21,541 nucleotides of DNA from contig JBGQGY010000060.1 in NCBI GenBank assembly GCA_041497675.1, positions 1 to 21,541 of the forward strand, read 5' to 3'. Shown piece by piece: positions 16,486 through 21,541 of this stretch (the first letter of the stretch is position 1; the number at the start of each line of letters is the position of its first letter). Under the pieces are notes generated by a model. It was not told where the DNA came from and searched no databases. It saw only the letters and a program-made list of their open reading frames with translations. The DNA comes from a bacterium (GTDB lineage: Bacteria > Sysuimicrobiota > Sysuimicrobiia > Sysuimicrobiales > Humicultoraceae). Both the position numbers and the translations under genes were made by a program.

Positions 16486-16523
16486 GGCACCGTGCGATCA
16501 TGCCGTGCCGACGCGCGGCCGGA

Positions 16524-18116
16524 TTATCGGAACCGCGCGCTGTGGAGCCGGATGCGCTCGTCGGCCCTTGGCTTCCAGTCGAGGCGCTGGCTCACACCGT
16601 AGAGATCGGTCTGGAACCAGATGAAAATCACGGGCGCCTCATCGTAGATGACTTCCTGCATCTTGAAGCAGACATCGCGGCGCTTCTTGACGTCGAACGT
16701 CACGGACATGTCATCCCACAACGCCTCGAACCGCGGCATGTCGGTCAGGCTCCGGTTCGACCCCGAGTCCTTCTGCACCAGCGCGAGATCGGCCTGACAC
16801 TCAAAGCCAGGCCCCGAGCCGATCAGATAGATGTCGCGGAACCCGGCGCCCCGGCGCGCCGACTTGCCCACGAACACCGACCAATCGAACACCTGGACGT
16901 CGGTTTTCACGCCGACTTTGGCCAGGTCAGACGCGATCACCTGGCAGATCTCCGCGTCCTTGATGTACCGGCCGCGCGGGCAGTCGAAGCCAAACTCCAA
17001 CGCCCGCCCGCCCTGCTCGCGCACGCCGGTACGGGTGTTCATGCGCCAGCCGGCCTCGTCGAGCAGCGCCGCGGCCCGCTGCACCTCAAAGGGATAGGCC
17101 TTCACCGCCGGGTTCTGATCGGGGACGTTGGCGACCGTCCCGGTGCACTCGCCCTTGTTCGCCAGCAGGTTGCGCATCATCGTGCGGCAGTCGAATGCAA
17201 AGTTCAGCGCCTGGCGCACGCGTTTATCGCGCAGCGCAGGGTGACGATCCTGACGCAGACCGATGATGATCCGACGCAGCCCGGCGACGGTCTCCACTCG
17301 GGAGCTGCGGGTGCGCTCGACCTGCGGGATGAGATCGGGGGGCACGTTGACGATGATGTCGGCGTTGCCCGCTGTCAACTCGGCAATCCGGGTGGCATCC
17401 TCGGGCACGGGACGGAAGAGTAGCCGGCGGATGCGGGGCCGATCCGGGTGGTCGGCCCACGCTTCCAACACGACACGCTCGTTGGGCACGAACTCGACGA
17501 CACGGTACGGCCCGGACCCAATCGGCTTTCGCTGGAGATCGTTGACCGAGGTCTGGCTCGTGTACCGCGGCGGCATCGGCGCGGTCTGCGTGTGCGCCAT
17601 GTGCAGCGGGATCAGGGGGTTGGGGTTCTTCGACCTGACGCGAAGGGTCACATCGTCAATGGCGTCAACCGTATCCAGGTCCAGCAGGTTGTACTCGTAC
17701 TGGACGTCGGCAATCTTCTTCTCGTAGAACTCCTTGCCGCGCAGCAGCGTGTACCGGACGGCCGCGGCGTTCAGCGGCTCGCCGTTTTGGAATCGCCGGC
17801 CGGCAACAAGCTTGAACTCCCAGGTGCGCGAATCGAGCAGCCGCCACGACTCGGCGAGCCCCGGCAGCAGTTGCAGGTTGTCGCCGAACCGCGTGAGCGT
17901 CTCGAACATGTGGATGATCGCGTTCGTGTCGGGCAGCGACTGCGAGTAGTACGGTTCGAGGGTGACGATGTCAGCCCCCTGGAGGATCACCGCCGTGTCT
18001 TGCGCCGGCGCAGCGCTCCCGCCGGTGTACGGCGCGCTGATGAGGGCGAGTGCCATCACACCGACGGCCGCCCTCCTGAGCCACGACCACGCACCATGTT
18101 TCGTTACTCGACGCAT
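16524..18116 (-). CDS. ABC transporter substrate-binding protein, family 5
   Basis: Start moved to ATG 18116, which has SD GGAGGGAG just upstream. Signal peptide, then PGLAESW, TWEFKL, FQNGEPLNA, PIGSGPY, VPEDATRIAEL and DKRVRQALNFA. Confidence 0.95.
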   Translation of the reverse strand: MRRVTKHGAWSWLRRAAVGVMALALISAPYTGGSAAPAQDTAVILQGADIVTLEPYYSQSLPDTNAIIHMFETLTRFGDNLQLLPGLAESWRLLDSRTWEFKLVAGRRFQNGEPLNAAAVRYTLLRGKEFYEKKIADVQYEYNLLDLDTVDAIDDVTLRVRSKNPNPLIPLHMAHTQTAPMPPRYTSQTSVNDLQRKPIGSGPYRVVEFVPNERVVLEAWADHPDRPRIRRLLFRPVPEDATRIAELTAGNADIIVNVPPDLIPQVERTRSSRVETVAGLRRIIIGLRQDRHPALRDKRVRQALNFAFDCRTMMRNLLANKGECTGTVANVPDQNPAVKAYPFEVQRAAALLDEAGWRMNTRTGVREQGGRALEFGFDCPRGRYIKDAEICQVIASDLAKVGVKTDVQVFDWSVFVGKSARRGAGFRDIYLIGSGPGFECQADLALVQKDSGSNRSLTDMPRFEALWDDMSVTFDVKKRRDVCFKMQEVIYDEAPVIFIWFQTDLYGVSQRLDWKPRADERIRLHSARFR

Positions 18117-18150
18117 GGGGTCTCCCTCCAATTCACGCTTTGGGGGGAGT

Positions 18151-19035
18151 TCACGGCCGGGCGGGCAAACCCTGCAGGTGCACGCGCACGGCGTCGGCCA
18201 CGTAGAGCAATTCGTCCAAACCCAGGTCGGGATGACAAGGCAACGCGACGGTGCGCGAGTAGAACCTCCGAGCCCCCGGCCAGGCGGTGTCTGGGCCCGC
18301 CTCCAACGCGTTCGAAAGTCGCGTGTCAAGCGCCCGGCGAGCTTCGACGCCCTTTTGCGCGAGGGCATGGATCAGCGCCCCCGCATCCTGCGTCTGCACC
18401 AGATACGTCGAATACGTCGGCGAGGTCTCGGGGAACGGCGCCACCACCGACATCGGCAGACCCAGCGGCCGGAAGGCGCTGTCGTAGACACCGGCCGCGG
18501 TGCGGCAGGCGTCGATGCGATCGTCGAGGTCGGTCGCGTCGGCTTCGAGTGCTCCCCAGGGTGCGACCGCAACGCCATCACGCGTGGGGCCCTCCGGCGC
18601 GAGCGGTACGAGACCGGCGGTCTGCAGCCGCGCGGCCACGTCGGCGCTATCGGTGGACACCAACGCGCCGCGGGTACGGTCAAACGGCCACGCGCCCAGC
18701 ACCATCACGGCCGCGCGTCCCAACGATCCGACGGCGCGCCCCCTCACGGCGCCGCCAACCGCGCCGGTGGTGTCTTCGAGGACGATCCATCCGTTCGAGG
18801 TCCGCGGCGGCGGCATCGGCCGGCCAAAGCGGTGATCGAGAATGCACACGGTCCGAGTGTCTCGAGAAGATGCGAGATCCTCGGGCCAGATCGGGGCGCC
18901 GCTGACGGGGTCGAGATCGATCGCGACGAGTCGCGCGCCGGCGGTCAGGATCGCGCGTTCCAGATGTTCCGGCGCTCCAACGGGGACGTGGACGAGATCG
19001 CGGGGGCCGATATCAAGGACTTCCAACACGGCCAC
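18151..19035 (-). CDS. Degenerate DegT/DnrJ/EryC1/StrS-family protein lacking the Schiff-base lysine
   Basis: IGPRDLVHVP, AGARLVAID, HRFG, VLED, GRAVGSLG, G.LVSTD and VALPCHPDL align with the DegT paralogues in the window, but there is no Lys in the active-site loop. Similarity extends in frame upstream of GTG 19035 to about 19113. Confidence 0.8.
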   Translation of the reverse strand: MAVLEVLDIGPRDLVHVPVGAPEHLERAILTAGARLVAIDLDPVSGAPIWPEDLASSRDTRTVCILDHRFGRPMPPPRTSNGWIVLEDTTGAVGGAVRGRAVGSLGRAAVMVLGAWPFDRTRGALVSTDSADVAARLQTAGLVPLAPEGPTRDGVAVAPWGALEADATDLDDRIDACRTAAGVYDSAFRPLGLPMSVVAPFPETSPTYSTYLVQTQDAGALIHALAQKGVEARRALDTRLSNALEAGPDTAWPGARRFYSRTVALPCHPDLGLDELLYVADAVRVHLQGLPARP

Positions 19036-19118
19036 CCAGGCGTCTTTGGCGGCCGAAGCCCACCAGATCCACCGACAGCCAAAGACGGCGTTAAGGCGAC
19101 GGCTCAGTTCGATGCGGG

Positions 19119-20582
19119 CTACCCTCTGCCGGTCCCCCAGATGCCGGGGTCGGCTAAACGCAGCATGAACTCGGCGTGCGACGCGGCCATATCCCCTATG
19201 CCCCCGACCCGACCGCCGCCGTCGATGACCAGATACTCGTCGGTGGCGGACCCCCGGCCATGCCCCAGACCCACGTCACGCAGCACCGGGATCCCAAACT
19301 CCTCCGCGAAGATCGACCAGGGCCCGCCGCCCCCCGTGGCCGGCCACCACACCACATCGTGACAGCCGTGCGCGGCAAATAGCGCCGCGGCTTCGCGCAC
19401 GACGGGCGCGTGCTTCGAGACGCGCGAACCGTTGAACGCTCCGTGCACGTCCATCTCGACGTCTGCGAACCCTGCGCCGTCGAGCCGCGTCCTGATCGCG
19501 CGGAGGACTTCGCGCACGTCCCACGTGCGCGGGACGCGGATGTCCAATACCGCTTCGGCGAGGTGCGGGATCGTGAACGTCGCCGTCCCCGGACCCAGGA
19601 ACCCGCTGCGCAGACCGTTGAGGTTCACGCTTGGACCGAACAAGAGCCGCCGGTAGATGTCGGCCTCGTCCGGATCGCCGATGGCCCGGACATCGGCGCC
19701 CTGCACGCCCGGCAGCACGCGTTGCCACGGCACGCCTGAATAGCGCGTCATGATCGCCTGCATTTCCTCCGCCTCGTCTGCGGTTGCAGGCTGCGCGTCA
19801 CGATCAAATCCGTCGATGAGTACGGTATTCCCATCGGGCCCCGTCAGCGTGGCGAGGGCGTGCACGAGCCGCCAGGCCGGGCTGTCCACCACGGCTTTCG
19901 CCATGCCGTGGATCGGTCTGTCCTTGGGGCCGCGCCCCCAGCGTGCGCCCGACGCCCGCAGCGTCATGTAGATCATGCCCTTGTAGCCGAGCGTCAGATG
20001 GGGCGTGCCGTCCGCTTCCTGTGAGGCGCCTGGGGTCCAGCACGCGTTGGCCCTGCGCAGCCGATCGTGATACCGGTCGATCATGACCCGGTAGTGGGGA
20101 CTCCCCAGAATTTCGTCGCCTTCGGCCACGAGCATCAGGTTGACAGGTGGCCCGCCCCAGGTCGCGCGGCAGGCCTCCACCGCGTTGAGCCATACCCCAA
20201 GCGGTCCCTTCACGGCGCGCGCCCCCCGCGCCATCACCACGCGAGGGAACGGCGGCATCTCGACGATCTCGGCACCGAAGGGATGGGCGCGCCAGCCGCG
20301 CGGGTCGGCGCTACGGACATCGAACATCCCGTAGACGGCCAGCGTGATCGGCGCCCCGACGTCGTAGGCGGCCCAGACGCCCGGGTATCCGGGCGTGGAG
20401 ATCAACTCGACTTCGGGGAAGCCCGCGTCGCGGCAGAGTTCCGCCAGCAGCCGGGCGCAGTCCTCGATGCCCTCGCCATCGACCGACACGCTTGGCTGGC
20501 GGAGCAGCGCGCGCAGACGCGCCAGGTGCCGCTCCTGATGCTCGTCGAGATAGGCGGTGAGGCGCGCCAGCCTGTCGGTCAT
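19119..20582 (-). CDS. M20-family hydrolase homologue with substituted metal-binding motifs
   Basis: Colinear with the 11103-12476 M20 (LRQPSVS, W.AHPF, ARGA..KG, GSPH, LGYKGMIY, SPAWRL..L.TL, GPSVNLNG, T.IP), but the ligand motifs read YGMFDV, RGARAVK, EGDEILGS and GSATDE. Confidence 0.88.
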   Translation of the reverse strand: MTDRLARLTAYLDEHQERHLARLRALLRQPSVSVDGEGIEDCARLLAELCRDAGFPEVELISTPGYPGVWAAYDVGAPITLAVYGMFDVRSADPRGWRAHPFGAEIVEMPPFPRVVMARGARAVKGPLGVWLNAVEACRATWGGPPVNLMLVAEGDEILGSPHYRVMIDRYHDRLRRANACWTPGASQEADGTPHLTLGYKGMIYMTLRASGARWGRGPKDRPIHGMAKAVVDSPAWRLVHALATLTGPDGNTVLIDGFDRDAQPATADEAEEMQAIMTRYSGVPWQRVLPGVQGADVRAIGDPDEADIYRRLLFGPSVNLNGLRSGFLGPGTATFTIPHLAEAVLDIRVPRTWDVREVLRAIRTRLDGAGFADVEMDVHGAFNGSRVSKHAPVVREAAALFAAHGCHDVVWWPATGGGGPWSIFAEEFGIPVLRDVGLGHGRGSATDEYLVIDGGGRVGGIGDMAASHAEFMLRLADPGIWGTGRG

Positions 20583-20605
20583 CCCGTCAGGCGCACCCGC
20601 CGACG

Positions 20606-21541
20606 CTATCGCTTTTCTTTCCAGGCGTACTTCGCGGGCCAGTTGTTGCTGGCGCTCTCCAGGTAGACGCCGTGCACGGTGTCTTTCATGGCGATCTGCT
20701 GTGTGACGTCAAAGAGCATGATAATGGGCGCGTCGCGATACACCTGCTTGATGATCTGCGCGTAGTAGATCTTGTTGCGCCCCGGGGTCGTCGTGGCCTT
20801 CAGCGACTGTTCGATCAGTTCGTCGACGACCGGGTTCGAATAGTACGCGCGGTTGAAGTATCGTGGCGCGGCCGAGTTCGTGTGATAGAACGTGAGCATC
20901 GTGTATTCGGCGTCGCCGGTGAATGTGCCGACCGCGAGGTTCACCAGGTCGTACGTGGCCCGATCGGGTGGCAGCGTGACGCGGGGAATGAAGCTCGCCG
21001 ACTCGAGCACCAGCAGCCGGGCATCGACCCCCACCGCTTTCAGCATCGCCTGCACCAGCTCGGCGGTCTCGAAGTCGCCGGGGCTCCCGCCCTTCCGGGT
21101 GATCAGCTCCAGGGTCAGCGGCCGGCCCTCACGCTGCCGCACCCCGCCGGGGCCGACGGTGAACCCGGCCTCATCGAGGAACTTCCGTGCCTTCTCCGGA
21201 TCGTACGGATAGGTGCCCGCCGGCACGTAGCCGTCTACGGTGGTATTGATGTAGACCGCGGTCGCGATCCTGGCGGTCCCCAGAAACGCGGTCTTGATGA
21301 TGCCTTCCTTGTCGACGGCGTGGTTGAGCGCCCAGCGGACCCTGACGTCGTTGAGCGGAGGCTTGCGGTTGTTGATGGTGATGTAGTACTGCTGCGATCC
21401 CAGCGCCGCCTGGACTTTCATGCCCTGCCGCTTCTTGAGCCGGTCGAGGTCCGGGATCGACAGACCCAGCGCCATGTCGGCGTCACCGGCCTCGAGCATC
21501 GTGGCCCGGGTATTGATGTCGGGGACGACGCGGAAGACGAT
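20606..21541 (-). CDS. ABC transporter substrate-binding protein, family 5 (partial, 5' end outside the window)
   Basis: The frame is open to the window edge (IVFRVVPDINTRATMLEAGDAD...). DVRVRWALNHAVDK, YPYDPEKARKFLDEAG, YSNPVVDELI and DAPII. Confidence 0.93.
   Translation of the reverse strand: MVFRVVPDINTRATMLEAGDADMALGLSIPDLDRLKKRQGMKVQAALGSQQYYITINNRKPPLNDVRVRWALNHAVDKEGIIKTAFLGTARIATAVYINTTVDGYVPAGTYPYDPEKARKFLDEAGFTVGPGGVRQREGRPLTLELITRKGGSPGDFETAELVQAMLKAVGVDARLLVLESASFIPRVTLPPDRATYDLVNLAVGTFTGDAEYTMLTFYHTNSAAPRYFNRAYYSNPVVDELIEQSLKATTTPGRNKIYYAQIIKQVYRDAPIIMLFDVTQQIAMKDTVHGVYLESASNNWPAKYAWKEKR

Noticed and set aside
18050..18116. Twin-arginine (Tat) signal in the binding proteins
   Set aside because: RR pairs are present, but the S/T-R-R-x-F-L consensus is not, so Sec export is the simpler reading.
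18117..18368. 84-aa N-terminal extension of the binding protein in the ORF track (similar extensions at 1693, 3977, 7834, 9145, 9870 and 14619)
   Set aside because: It overlaps the upstream gene, and a strong SD and signal peptide mark ATG 18116. The other starts were reassigned on SD, overlap or homology grounds.
1..21541. CRISPR array, tRNA/rRNA, transposase/integrase or defence genes
   Set aside because: No spaced repeats, RNA-gene signatures or recombinase/nuclease motifs were seen, and nearly all sequence is accounted for by metabolic and transport CDSs.

Overview
High-GC, densely coding bacterial window with no RNA genes, CRISPR array or mobile element. It is an accessory metabolic region. 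Two Opp/Dpp-type (family 5) ABC import cassettes, neither with an ATPase gene in view, and a third partial binding protein sit among PLP fold-type-I genes and metal-dependent hydrolase-fold genes. The PLP genes are two intact but atypical DegT/DnrJ/EryC1/StrS aminotransferases, one internally deleted DegT pseudogene, one Lys-less DegT homologue and two class I/II aminotransferases. The hydrolase-fold genes are a creatininase-family protein, a GalB-like PIG-L protein, an intact M20 peptidase and an M20 homologue lacking its metal ligands. There is also an extended SDR. No glycosyltransferase, nucleotidyltransferase or flippase is visible, so uptake and catabolism of an aminated or acylated sugar- or cyclitol-like compound is inferred rather than polysaccharide synthesis. 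A separate MarR-GNAT + EamA module has a clear tandem palindromic operator overlapping a probable leaderless promoter. The creatininase gene and the 5' part of the DegT pseudogene are missing from the ORF track and were translated by hand. All family calls come from motif recognition, not database searches.
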